Origin: Fervidobacterium sp.
GTDB taxonomy: Bacteria; Thermotogota; Thermotogae; Thermotogales; Fervidobacteriaceae
Direction of reading: 5' to 3'
Length of the DNA: 64,000 nucleotides
Assembly (NCBI GenBank): GCA_049970055.1
Contig: JBMFNR010000001.1
Span: 320,001 to 384,000, forward strand
The position numbers and the translations under genes are program-made. The notes under the pieces are model-generated. The model made no database searches. It was not told the origin of the DNA and saw only the letters and a program-made list of their open reading frames with translations. This document shows, piece by piece, positions 48,346 to 57,736 of this stretch; position 1 is the first letter of the stretch, and every line of letters starts with the position of its first letter.

Positions 48346-49982
48346 GGACTTTAATAATAATCTTGAGTTTTTCATTGATAGTTCTTTTAACTGGTTGTTT
48401 CCCACTTGGGAATTATCTTAGTTTGTCTTTGAATATTGATGAACTAAATCGTAGAGTAGATCAACTTGAAAATGCATACAAGGTAAGTGAAGATGAAAAG
48501 GGGCAGACTGATAAAACAATTAGCGATATTAAAAGAAATTTAGCTGAGGTCCAAAATAATCTTAAGATGTTACAAAGTGAGATCGACTATTTGTACACAG
48601 CCCAGATTACTTATTCCGCTTCTGGTGTGACAGTTGCAGAAAATCGGTTGAAAGAACTTGAAAATAAAGTTGCGAACTTAAGTGTGCAGATAAGCGATGT
48701 TAATAAGAGATTGAATACACTAGTTACGACAGGTAAGAACTATGATGATTTGAATAAGAAGGTATCAGACATTCAAAACGATATAGCAGTTATAAAGCAG
48801 AGTATAAACGATGTGAGTAAGGGGCTGAAAACAAATAGTGACGCCATAGCACAGTTGAGTAAAAAAACAAACGATTTAGAAACAAAAACACTGAGCGATC
48901 TTACGAAAAGAGTACTGAACCTTGAAAAGAATGTTGTTACAACGGATACAAAACTTGCATCGCTGGAAAATCAGATGAAAAGTTTGTATGACATAAGGAA
49001 AGATCTTGATGTTATCAGTGCACAACTTAGGGATGTCAGAAGCAATATGCAGGTTAATATCTCGCAGAGCGATATACAGTTTCTTAAGCAGCTACAGCAA
49101 CAGATCGAAGAAATAAAAAGTACCGTTCAATCATTATCGATAGAAGAAATGCTGAAACTAAAGGAAAAATATATATACTACGTAGTTAAATCCGGTGATA
49201 CGTTAAGTAGCATAGCAAATGCGTACGGTGTGAAAGTTTCGGATCTTTCTGCAATAAATAATATATCCGATCCATCGAAATTGTACATTGGGCAGATGAT
49301 AAAAATACCAATTGGTGACCCTTCACAATACGTCAGGGTACCTTTAAAGATCGATCCATCCGACATTTTAAGTTACCATGGTCAAGAAAAAAATTCTGTA
49401 AAGACTATAGGAATGGATATATACGCGAGAGGTAAAGATATATATCCGATATTACCAGGGAAAGTGCTAAATGTGGAAAATAACACTGTGAGTATCGATC
49501 ATGGGAATATGATTATGGCAATTTATAGCGGTATAAATACTTCGTTGAAAGCCGGTGCTTTTGTTACAAATACAAAACCTCTTGGTCAATGTATTGATGT
49601 ATTCCATTTTGAATTGTACATTGATGGTGAACCGCGTGATCCGATAAGGTTGTTTACACAGTATAAAGGTATATTTACTGTTACGTTTTACACCGAGTGG
49701 GATGACGGTAAAGTATCGACTCATCCAACGTTTAGGATATCAAGAAATGGCAGAATACCGCAGCAGTTTAGAACAATCGCCGTTGATCCAACGGTTATCC
49801 CATTGGGTTCGCTTGTGTATATACCAACTTTAAGTAATACTATATTTATAGCTGAAGATACGGGTAGCGCGATAAAAGGCAATAGAATCGATGTGTACGT
49901 TAGTGACGTGAGATTAGCACTAAATCAAGGTATCACACCGCATCCAGTTTATATAATCTATCCTGAAAAGAATATTCAATAA
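48342..49982 (+). CDS. Coiled-coil lipoprotein with LysM, M23-like and 3D domains
   Basis: Lipobox LTGC; long coiled coil; LysM YVVKSGDTLSSIA; M23-like GMDIYA, IDHG, HFEL..DG..RDP; 3D IAVDPTVIPLGS, AEDTGSAIKGNRIDVY. Confidence 0.85.
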   Translation: MRTLIIILSFSLIVLLTGCFPLGNYLSLSLNIDELNRRVDQLENAYKVSEDEKGQTDKTISDIKRNLAEVQNNLKMLQSEIDYLYTAQITYSASGVTVAENRLKELENKVANLSVQISDVNKRLNTLVTTGKNYDDLNKKVSDIQNDIAVIKQSINDVSKGLKTNSDAIAQLSKKTNDLETKTLSDLTKRVLNLEKNVVTTDTKLASLENQMKSLYDIRKDLDVISAQLRDVRSNMQVNISQSDIQFLKQLQQQIEEIKSTVQSLSIEEMLKLKEKYIYYVVKSGDTLSSIANAYGVKVSDLSAINNISDPSKLYIGQMIKIPIGDPSQYVRVPLKIDPSDILSYHGQEKNSVKTIGMDIYARGKDIYPILPGKVLNVENNTVSIDHGNMIMAIYSGINTSLKAGAFVTNTKPLGQCIDVFHFELYIDGEPRDPIRLFTQYKGIFTVTFYTEWDDGKVSTHPTFRISRNGRIPQQFRTIAVDPTVIPLGSLVYIPTLSNTIFIAEDTGSAIKGNRIDVYVSDVRLALNQGITPHPVYIIYPEKNIQ

Positions 49983-50000
49983 AGAATTGGGAGGATTAGT

Positions 50001-50426
50001 ATGGCAATAACAATGAAAAGCGAATACGCAATAAAGATAATGATTCTAATAGGTACTGAAAAGAGGCGAGTTAATGCTCGTGAGATTGTCCAGAAGTGTC
50101 AAGAAAGAATGCCTCTTGAATTTGCGGAAAAAATATTAGCTGATCTTGCCAGAAAAGGTATACTATATGCTTACAGGGGACGCAACGGAGGATACGAAAT
50201 TGCCAAAGACGTAGAGCAAATAACTGTGTACGATATAGTATCTGCTGTTGATAATCCTACTGATGCGATAAGGTGCTTTGTTTACATCGATGAAAAGGGA
50301 AATTCACCGGAAACTTGCACGGTTAACAAAATATGGGAGTTAGTACTGCAAAAAATGCAGGATGCTCTGAAATCCATAACATTGAAAAACTTGGTAGATG
50401 ACTACCTGGCGAGGTGCAAATCTTGA
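50001..50426 (+). CDS. Rrf2 family transcriptional regulator
   Basis: KSEYAI, EKILADL, YRGRNGGY, ITVYDIV, ITLKNL. Confidence 0.92.
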   Translation: MAITMKSEYAIKIMILIGTEKRRVNAREIVQKCQERMPLEFAEKILADLARKGILYAYRGRNGGYEIAKDVEQITVYDIVSAVDNPTDAIRCFVYIDEKGNSPETCTVNKIWELVLQKMQDALKSITLKNLVDDYLARCKS

Positions 50427-51496
50427 ATCAGTCAAACCAGATAAATGAAAAAGTTAAAAAAGTCGGTGTACTTCTAAGTGGAGGAGTAGACAGTGCAGTT
50501 GCTCTGTACCTTCTTTTAAAACAGGGATACAATGTAACAGCATATCATATGAAAACAGTAAAGGACGAATTGTACGTAACGAAACAAGTCAAACACAAAG
50601 TTTGCTGTAGCCCTTCAGATACGTACGACGCACAACTGATTGCCAAAAAATTAGCTGTACCATTTAAAATTGTTCATATCGAAGATTCTTTTAAGGAGAA
50701 GATAATCGATTACTATATTTCCGAAAGTGTAGCTGGAAGAACGCCAAATCCTTGTTTTTTTTGCAACGATTACATAAAATTCGGAGTAGTTATGGATTAT
50801 GCATTAAATGATGGTATGGATTTTGTCGCTTCTGGTCATTACGCAAGGATAATCGACGGGAAACTCTATAAAGCCATTGATAAAGAAAAAGATCAGTCTT
50901 ATTTTCTTGCCTCGATTAAAAAGGAAAAGTTAGAAAAAATATTACTACCAAATGGGGATTTTACAAAAGACGAAATTCGTTCTATAGCTCACGAAGTAGG
51001 GATACACGTTGCAAAAAAGATTGATTCACAAGATCTGTGCTTTGTTCCAGATAATGATTTTAAAACATTTTTTGAAGAACATGGGGTAAAGATAGAGCCA
51101 GGTAATATAATAACAAGCGAAGGAAAAATAATAGGAAAGCATTCAGGGTTGCCATTTTACACAATCGGGCAAAGAAAGTTCGGAATAGCAACTGGAAGTA
51201 AGTTGTACGTGAAGGCTAAGAATATAGAGGGGAATTTTATTGTAGTAGCCCCTCTCGAGGAGATCTATTCGAAAGATATGGTCGTGGAATATGTAAATTA
51301 TTACGAAGATTTACCAAATGAATTCCAGGCAACTGTTAAGATAAGAAAGAAATTTAACGAAATACCATGCACGGTTAAGAAAAACGGGAATGAACTAAAA
51401 GTGAAATTTGAAACGCCAACATTTGCTGTGACTCCAGGTCAGATAGCAGTTTTTTACAAGGGTGATCAGGTTCTTTGTTCGGGAGTTATAAAATAA
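50414..51496 (+). CDS. mnmA: tRNA 2-thiouridylase
   Basis: SGGVDS, TPNPCFFCN, SGHYAR, KDQSYFL, SQDLCF, YTIGQR, VTPGQ. Confidence 0.96.
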   Translation: MQILNQSNQINEKVKKVGVLLSGGVDSAVALYLLLKQGYNVTAYHMKTVKDELYVTKQVKHKVCCSPSDTYDAQLIAKKLAVPFKIVHIEDSFKEKIIDYYISESVAGRTPNPCFFCNDYIKFGVVMDYALNDGMDFVASGHYARIIDGKLYKAIDKEKDQSYFLASIKKEKLEKILLPNGDFTKDEIRSIAHEVGIHVAKKIDSQDLCFVPDNDFKTFFEEHGVKIEPGNIITSEGKIIGKHSGLPFYTIGQRKFGIATGSKLYVKAKNIEGNFIVVAPLEEIYSKDMVVEYVNYYEDLPNEFQATVKIRKKFNEIPCTVKKNGNELKVKFETPTFAVTPGQIAVFYKGDQVLCSGVIK

Positions 51497-51511
51497 AAGG
51501 AGGCGGTTGAT

Positions 51512-52045
51512 TTGATAGAAGTAATGATAACAAGTGATGAATTGAAAAAAAGAATAAGTCAAATGGGCAAAGAAATTACGCGGTACTATAAGGATAAAAC
51601 AGATACGTTGCATGCAGTATGTGTCTTGAAAGGTTCAATTCACTTTTTTAGTGAGCTTGTTCAGAATATAGATATGAATGTTGAATATTCTTTTATCCAA
51701 GTTTCAAGCTATTCTGGAGTATCTTCAACGGGAAGAATAAGGGTAAAAAGCTGGATTGATGAGCCCATCGAAAATAGACATGTCATAGTTGTTGAGGACA
51801 TTCTTGATACTGGTTTGACACTTTCTTATATTCTCGAATACCTCAGAAGATACCAACCTGCCGATTTAAAGGTTGTTACATTACTTAAAAAGTTAGGTAG
51901 GAACCCTCAGGTAATACCAGATTTCGTTGGATTCGAAATAGAAGATAGATTCGTTATAGGTTACGGTTTGGACTATAACGAGAAATATAGAAACCTTCCG
52001 TACATAGGTTGGGTTAAAGGGGACATAGAAGGAGATACAATATGA
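51512..52045 (+). CDS. hpt: Hypoxanthine phosphoribosyltransferase
   Basis: VLKGS, VSSY, VVEDILDTGLTL, FVIGYGLDY..YRNLPYI. Confidence 0.96.
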   Translation: MIEVMITSDELKKRISQMGKEITRYYKDKTDTLHAVCVLKGSIHFFSELVQNIDMNVEYSFIQVSSYSGVSSTGRIRVKSWIDEPIENRHVIVVEDILDTGLTLSYILEYLRRYQPADLKVVTLLKKLGRNPQVIPDFVGFEIEDRFVIGYGLDYNEKYRNLPYIGWVKGDIEGDTI

Positions 52046-53250
52046 AGAATTTCCTTTACGTCTTAGTTATAATCCTTGGCATAGCAGCCTCACTTGCGAT
52101 TTCAACTATATGGATAGAGTTGCTCATAAGGTTTTTCTTTACACCTACGGAAAATCCTATAAATATTCTCGTGCTTGGCCTTGACAAAGATATCTCTGGG
52201 ACAAGGCGAACTGATGTTATCTTAATTGCAAGTGTTGATCTTGATAAGCGAAAAATCCTTTTGTCAAGCATTCCGAGGGACTTAATAATAAATGGTGAGA
52301 AGATAAATTCCTATTATCAGAAAGAAGGTATAGATAACTTCAAAAAACGCATACAAAATCTTACCGGGATAGAAATTAAACGGTACTTGATTGTTGACTA
52401 TGACATATTCCAATTTCTTGGTGATGAGCTTGGCCCTATCGAAGTTTTCGTTGATAGACCCATGCATTACAAAGATGTGGCTCAAAACTTGGAGATAAAT
52501 TTCTCGCCGGGTTACTACAAAATGAATGGTAAACAGCTTCTTGCTTACTTAAGATTTAGAAAAACAGCCGAAGGAGATATAGGGCGGTTGGATAAACAAC
52601 GTGTAATTATTGAAAAACTTGCTCAAAAAGCTCTTCAAAAGAACGTACTTTCCCTTACAGCCCTTTACAAAGAAATTCGTAAAAGAACCCAGTTCAACGT
52701 AGACATCGGTGAGATGGTGTACATATATTCAAAAATAAGGAAAGGGTTTACTATCGATAATATTAACTTTCCGTTTTACATTGGTAACGATGGAAATTTA
52801 TACGTTGACGAAGCAAAAATTAACAAATACAGAGAATCGTTAAAGATGGGTGAGAAAAAGATAGAAGAAAGTTACAGATACTATGTGGTAAACAACACTT
52901 CAAAAAGAAACGCGAACATGCTACAGTTAATCGAGAAGGCTTTTGAAAATAAAGGTTATAAGCCAAATAAAATATTTTACGATGGAGTTGACGTGGATTT
53001 CAAGAAAAACACCGTTTTGATACTACGCAAGAACGAGGGGTTAAAATTGTACGTTGATAAGATGATAAAAACGATCTTTCCAGGGGAAGAATTTGATATC
53101 GTTTTCGTAGATGATAGTGTTAACTATGTTGCGAAATACCTATCGTTAATTGGTGAGTTAACGAGAAGTGGCAAGCAGGTTGTATTCCCGATAGACTTTA
53201 TAATTATATTGATTAATGACAAAACAATTTTCAATCTAAGTAATACATAA
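52042..53250 (+). CDS. LCP (LytR-CpsA-Psr) family glycopolymer-peptidoglycan ligase
   Basis: N-terminal TM, NILVLGLD, RTDVI, SIPRD, KINS, YLRFR, GDIGRLDKQ. Confidence 0.9.
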   Translation: MKNFLYVLVIILGIAASLAISTIWIELLIRFFFTPTENPINILVLGLDKDISGTRRTDVILIASVDLDKRKILLSSIPRDLIINGEKINSYYQKEGIDNFKKRIQNLTGIEIKRYLIVDYDIFQFLGDELGPIEVFVDRPMHYKDVAQNLEINFSPGYYKMNGKQLLAYLRFRKTAEGDIGRLDKQRVIIEKLAQKALQKNVLSLTALYKEIRKRTQFNVDIGEMVYIYSKIRKGFTIDNINFPFYIGNDGNLYVDEAKINKYRESLKMGEKKIEESYRYYVVNNTSKRNANMLQLIEKAFENKGYKPNKIFYDGVDVDFKKNTVLILRKNEGLKLYVDKMIKTIFPGEEFDIVFVDDSVNYVAKYLSLIGELTRSGKQVVFPIDFIIILINDKTIFNLSNT

Positions 53251-53274
53251 TAAATCGGTGATAATCGATAAGGA

Positions 53275-53916
53275 GTGAATTATTTGAGTGTTCGTGGTAC
53301 TTTATTGATTTTCTCCCTACTTTTAATATTTGCATTTACGTTTATCAGTAGTTCTTACACATATGCGCAAGAAACTAACCCTGATTCTCAAACAACAGGG
53401 CAAAGTGTGTATGGGTTTATAGAAAAAATGGCTGGGAAGAGAAATTTTTTCATATCCGTCAGATTAGTATTCGATGTTTTAGATGGAAAGAAAAGGAAGG
53501 TCTTCACAGCAGATTTCGATATGAAAGTTAACAACCTTGAAGATTTTACGTTTTCATTCAAAAAACCGGAGACTCTTAATGGAATAGTTGTAAAATACAA
53601 TGTAATTACCAAAAAAACCGATTATACCTATAAAAACACAAAAATCTCTGAAAGTGTTAGAGCAGATGTGGGGCAGGTGGGTGGCATTTTACAGAACATA
53701 ACTGATTTTCTCTCGTCACCTCTTTTCGAGGCAAAAGAATACAAAAGTTACACAGAATTCAGACCAAAAAATTTTCAAATTCTTTCAAGATTTGGTGTTC
53801 AACCTATAATTGTGCGTCTTTATTTCCTTAATAATCTCCCACAAAAGATAGAGATATCGAATGATAAAACCGATGAGAAAGTTACTTTGTTTTTTGATAA
53901 GTTTCTCGTAGAGTAA
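53275..53916 (+). CDS. Exported hypothetical protein, possible LolA-like fold
   Basis: Signal peptide; beta-rich with F.F..PETLNGIV..Y pattern. Fold is a guess. Confidence 0.45.
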   Translation: MNYLSVRGTLLIFSLLLIFAFTFISSSYTYAQETNPDSQTTGQSVYGFIEKMAGKRNFFISVRLVFDVLDGKKRKVFTADFDMKVNNLEDFTFSFKKPETLNGIVVKYNVITKKTDYTYKNTKISESVRADVGQVGGILQNITDFLSSPLFEAKEYKSYTEFRPKNFQILSRFGVQPIIVRLYFLNNLPQKIEISNDKTDEKVTLFFDKFLVE

Positions 53917-53939
53917 ATACCTTCAAGGAGAGTGAACGC

Positions 53940-54449
53940 ATGAACAAAAGTGCGATAGTTTTTTTGTTTGTCGTTTTTATTTTTTTAACTTCCACATTTT
54001 CTTTTGTAAACATTGGTGCAGGGTACAGTTTTTCTAACGATAGTAACAACTGGCTACTGAGGATTGGATATGAAGAACAAATATTTTCTTTAACAGCCGA
54101 CTATGTTGTTAGTAATCTTTGGTATATAAGTGGTTTGATATCATTTTCAACAGAGATTGGATTAGGTGTAGGGCCGTTTTTTTGTGTCGTAAACGATTTA
54201 AAAAATACTTCGATAGCTACCAATTTCGGTGCATTTGTGGGTTACAGCTACAAAGAGCAACTTGAAATTAAGTTAATGCTAACTATAAATCCCCAACAGC
54301 CGTTTTCAATTGTGGATGCTACTAGCGCAAAAATTCGATTTTACGTGCCAGATCCACCGGGAATGAAGATGGCAGATAAATTGTACTTGGAAGCTAATTA
54401 TTCTAAACAAAGATTTTTCATAACAGTTGGTTTTCTTGAACCATTTTGA
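53940..54449 (+). CDS. Small exported protein, possible outer-membrane beta-barrel
   Basis: Signal peptide, alternating aromatic/Gly strands, C-terminal Phe. Confidence 0.45.
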   Translation: MNKSAIVFLFVVFIFLTSTFSFVNIGAGYSFSNDSNNWLLRIGYEEQIFSLTADYVVSNLWYISGLISFSTEIGLGVGPFFCVVNDLKNTSIATNFGAFVGYSYKEQLEIKLMLTINPQQPFSIVDATSAKIRFYVPDPPGMKMADKLYLEANYSKQRFFITVGFLEPF

Positions 54450-54504
54450 TTATCGATACTTGGTCTAAAGACAATATAGGACCGATTTAAAGATGATTTA
54501 GCTC

Positions 54505-54533
54505 TTGCATGATTAATCGAGTTATGGTATTAT
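54505..54533 (+). promoter_or_regulatory. tRNA-Leu promoter
   Basis: TTGCAT-N17-TATTAT with extended TG. Confidence 0.6.
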
Positions 54534-54566
54534 ACTCAATGATAAAGACATATTTTAACCCAGTTA

Positions 54567-54651
54567 GCCGAGGTGGCGGAATTGGCAGACGCGCATGACT
54601 CAGGATCATGTGGGGTAACCCGTGCGGGTTCAAGTCCCGCCCTCGGCACCA
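54567..54651 (+). tRNA. tRNA-Leu (CAG)
   Basis: GCCGAGG/CCTCGGC acceptor stem, CATGA-CT CAG GA-TCATG anticodon arm, long variable arm, GTTCAAGTC, 3' CCA. Confidence 0.97.
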
Positions 54652-54681
54652 GATCTTAAGGTTGCAAGTTTATCATCGAAA

Positions 54682-54706
54682 GGGTCGGATATCCGACCCA
54701 TTTTTT
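54682..54706 (+). terminator. Terminator after tRNA-Leu
   Basis: GGGTCGG-ATAT-CCGACCC-ATTTTTT. Confidence 0.85.
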
Positions 54707-54787
54707 GTAAACCTTTTGCAGGATTAATCACTATAATTAAAAAATGAGAAAATATGATAAACTTTAATAAACTTTGGCGGTGACATT

Positions 54788-55519
54788 GTGGAAAAGGTTT
54801 TCTTTTACTCGTATCCATTGATTTGTGGAAAAGTAGAAGAGCTTCACAAATATCTTCTTACATCCATACAGGAAGGTAAAAAGCTTTTTGTTGTAACGCT
54901 GAACAGTCAAATTTTTCTACGTGCTCAACAATTGCCAGATTACGATGAAGCTTTAAAACACGCAACATTACACCTTCCCGATGGTTCGGGAGTCGTTTGG
55001 GCTGTTAAAAAACATTGTAAGATAAATACAGATAGAGTACCTGGTATCGATACAATGATATACCTTTGCAATGAATCAAAAAAGCATAATTGGAAAGTAT
55101 ATTTACTTGGTGCGAAGCCTGATGTCGTGAAAAAAGCTGCACAGAGACTTAAAGAAAGTGGAGTTAATATTGTAGGTTACCATCATGGATACTTTGAAGA
55201 CCAAACGCCAGCAAAAGAGATAACAAAATTGAAGCCCGACTTACTTTTCGTAGGCATGGGCGCGCCAAGACAAGAACTTTGGATATTTCAACATATAGAT
55301 CTACCGTTTAAGCTTGCAATGGGTGTTGGTGGCAGTTTCGATGTTATAGCAGGTGTTAAGAAAAGGGCACCCACGCTTTTTCAAAAACTCAGACTGGAGT
55401 GGTTTTACAGATGGATTACAGAGCCTGTTTCACGTGCTCGAGTTCCAATTGATGTAATGAAATTTTTTTTCAAGGTGGTCATTGATGGAAAAAATGGAAA
55501 TTGTAAGAAAGTACATTGA
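54788..55519 (+). CDS. WecB/TagA/CpsF family glycosyltransferase (GT26)
   Basis: VVTLN, PDGSGV, RVPGID, YLLGA, HHGYF, VGMGAPRQE, GVGGSFDV, RAP, LEWFYR. Confidence 0.93.
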   Translation: MEKVFFYSYPLICGKVEELHKYLLTSIQEGKKLFVVTLNSQIFLRAQQLPDYDEALKHATLHLPDGSGVVWAVKKHCKINTDRVPGIDTMIYLCNESKKHNWKVYLLGAKPDVVKKAAQRLKESGVNIVGYHHGYFEDQTPAKEITKLKPDLLFVGMGAPRQELWIFQHIDLPFKLAMGVGGSFDVIAGVKKRAPTLFQKLRLEWFYRWITEPVSRARVPIDVMKFFFKVVIDGKNGNCKKVH

Positions 55520-56126
55520 GAAGATAATAAATTCGCCTATCAACATGACTGCTTATAAGACAACTGAAGAAGGATATTCTTTTTTGTACCTCGACTCCGT
55601 CTTACCTGTTAAAAGAGAAGATCTTGGAGCACTTTTTTTAGATGTTGGTACAGGTGGCGGTGTACCCGGTGTTTTCTTAGCCTTGGAATTTAACACTAAT
55701 GCAATATTGATAGATAGTATCTGTAAAAAGGTGACCTACGTAGATCAAGTGTGTCGTGAGCTTGGGATAGAGAACGTGAAATTAATATGTACTAGGGCTG
55801 AAGAACTCAAGACAAAAGGTGACTTTTTTGAAAAATTTGATAGTGCTACGAGCCGGGCTGTTTCAAAAATAGCAACCGTTCTTGAATTAACGGCACCATA
55901 TGTGAAAATCGGTGGAAAGATTTTGCTCTATAAAGGTCCAGGTTACGCGGAAGAGCTTGGGCAAGCGGTTAGTGCGATGAAAGAACTCGGTGTTAAATTA
56001 TCAGATGTGAGAAAGTACTCAATCCTAGGTAAAGATAGATTCTTGCTTGTTTTTCAAAAGGTATCACACACGCCTGAGAAGTATCCAAGAAAAGTGGGTA
56101 TTCCAGAGAAAAGGCCGATAAGATAG
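55482..56126 (+). CDS. rsmG: 16S rRNA m7G527 methyltransferase
   Basis: INMT, LDVGTGGGVPG, RAEE, SRAV, YKG, YPRKVGIP. Confidence 0.93.
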   Translation: MMEKMEIVRKYIEKIINSPINMTAYKTTEEGYSFLYLDSVLPVKREDLGALFLDVGTGGGVPGVFLALEFNTNAILIDSICKKVTYVDQVCRELGIENVKLICTRAEELKTKGDFFEKFDSATSRAVSKIATVLELTAPYVKIGGKILLYKGPGYAEELGQAVSAMKELGVKLSDVRKYSILGKDRFLLVFQKVSHTPEKYPRKVGIPEKRPIR

Positions 56127-56157
56127 ATGGATGTAGAATGGGGAGGTTGGCATTATC

Positions 56158-57270
56158 ATGGATAAACTTAGAGTGGCGTTAATTGGATGTGGTAGAATAG
56201 GTTCCTCAAAACACTTAGAAGCAATGATTAAAAATGCGGACGTACTTGAAGTTGTGGCTTTTTGCGATGTTGTTCAGTCAAAAGCCCAATCTTGTGCAGA
56301 AAAGCTAGAAAAAACATTGGGATACCGACCAAAGGTGTACAGCGATTACAAAGAAATGCTAGACTTCGAAGGGATTGATTTTGTTGCAATAGCTACGGAA
56401 AGTGGTTATCATTATGATATAAGTATGGATGCGTTGCAAAAAGGGATACACGTGCTAGTTGAAAAGCCAATGGCACTCTCTACAAATCATATCGACAAAA
56501 TGGTAAAGATAGCGAAAGAAAAGAACTTAAAACTAGGTGTGTGTTTTCAAAATAGATTTAACCCACCGATAGTTGAACTGAGAAAGAAAGTAGAACAAAA
56601 TGCATTTACAAAGATTAACTACGGCGTGGCAAGTATCAGATGGAATAGAGATAGAAACTATTACCATCAGGCACCTTGGAGAGGGACATGGAGGTTAGAT
56701 GGTGGTTCGCTTATGAACCAATGCACTCACAACATAGACTTACTTCAATGGATGCTTGGCGGTGAAGTTGACGAGGTGTACGGTGTAATTAGGAATTTTC
56801 AGCACCCTTACATCGAAGCTGAAGACTTTGGTGGAGCTATCGTAAAGTTTAAAAATGGTAGTATAGGTATAATTGAAGGAACTTCGGCAATCTATCCTAA
56901 AAACCTTGAAGAAACACTTTCGATTTTTGGTGAAAGTGGAACAGTTGTGATAGGGGGGCTTGCTGTTAATAGAATAAAAGTCTGGAAATTTCCTGACGAA
57001 GATTCACATCCATTTATGGATCTTCCCGATCCTGACACAGTTTATGGTTCAGGACACGTTCCACTTTACAGAGATTTTTATGAAGCTATTGTGAACGATA
57101 GAGATCCAAAGATTCCAGGAGAGGAAGGTAGTAAAGCAGTTAAGATAGTTTTGGCAATTTACAAATCAGCTCTTGAGAATAAACCAGTGAAATTTCCATT
57201 TGAATTTGGCACCGAAGATATGGAGGGATTTTTCGAGAATACAAAACATCAAACGTCAGATAAACGATAA
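56158..57270 (+). CDS. Gfo/Idh/MocA oxidoreductase, WlbA/WbpB-like nucleotide-sugar 3-dehydrogenase
   Basis: IGCGRI, EKPMA, QNRFN, WRGTWRLDGGSLMNQ, NLEETLSIFGE, VYGSGH. Confidence 0.85.
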   Translation: MDKLRVALIGCGRIGSSKHLEAMIKNADVLEVVAFCDVVQSKAQSCAEKLEKTLGYRPKVYSDYKEMLDFEGIDFVAIATESGYHYDISMDALQKGIHVLVEKPMALSTNHIDKMVKIAKEKNLKLGVCFQNRFNPPIVELRKKVEQNAFTKINYGVASIRWNRDRNYYHQAPWRGTWRLDGGSLMNQCTHNIDLLQWMLGGEVDEVYGVIRNFQHPYIEAEDFGGAIVKFKNGSIGIIEGTSAIYPKNLEETLSIFGESGTVVIGGLAVNRIKVWKFPDEDSHPFMDLPDPDTVYGSGHVPLYRDFYEAIVNDRDPKIPGEEGSKAVKIVLAIYKSALENKPVKFPFEFGTEDMEGFFENTKHQTSDKR

Positions 57271-57306
57271 CTAAAGAACAAATAAAATGACGGATGGGGT
57301 GAAATA

Positions 57307-57681
57307 ATGCTATGTGTTGTAAAAGAATTTACTTTTGATGCAGCACATAACCTTGTGAAATATCATGGTAAATGTGAAAAGCTCCATGGACACACTTATA
57401 AACTACAAGTGGTAGTGTGTGGAGAGAAGGATGAAGAAGGTATGGTAATAGATTTTATCGAAATGAAAAGGATAGTACAAGAAGAAGTGCTAAGCTTTTT
57501 GGATCATTCATATATAAACGATATAATTAGCCAGCCAAGTGCGGAAAACATTGCCGAGTGGATTTGGAATAGGCTTGAAGAAAAACTCACAACGGGCAGA
57601 TACAAACTTTCCGAAATCAGACTTTGGGAAACCCCAACCTCTTTTGTGATATATAGGAAAGATGGAAATATTAAAAAATAA
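57307..57681 (+). CDS. queD: 6-carboxytetrahydropterin synthase
   Basis: FDAAH, KCEKLHGHTY, GMVIDF, LDH..IN, PSAENIA, LWET. Confidence 0.93.
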   Translation: MLCVVKEFTFDAAHNLVKYHGKCEKLHGHTYKLQVVVCGEKDEEGMVIDFIEMKRIVQEEVLSFLDHSYINDIISQPSAENIAEWIWNRLEEKLTTGRYKLSEIRLWETPTSFVIYRKDGNIKK

Positions 57682-57684
57682 AAT

Positions 57685-57713
57685 AAAGCGCCCTTGGGGG
57701 CGCTTTTTATTTT
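57685..57713. terminator. Bidirectional terminator between queD and rpoC
   Basis: AAAGCGCCC-TTGG-GGGCGCTTTTT hairpin with flanking A/T tracts. Confidence 0.85.
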
Positions 57714-57736
57714 ACAGTGTGCATACTTACAGGTAA

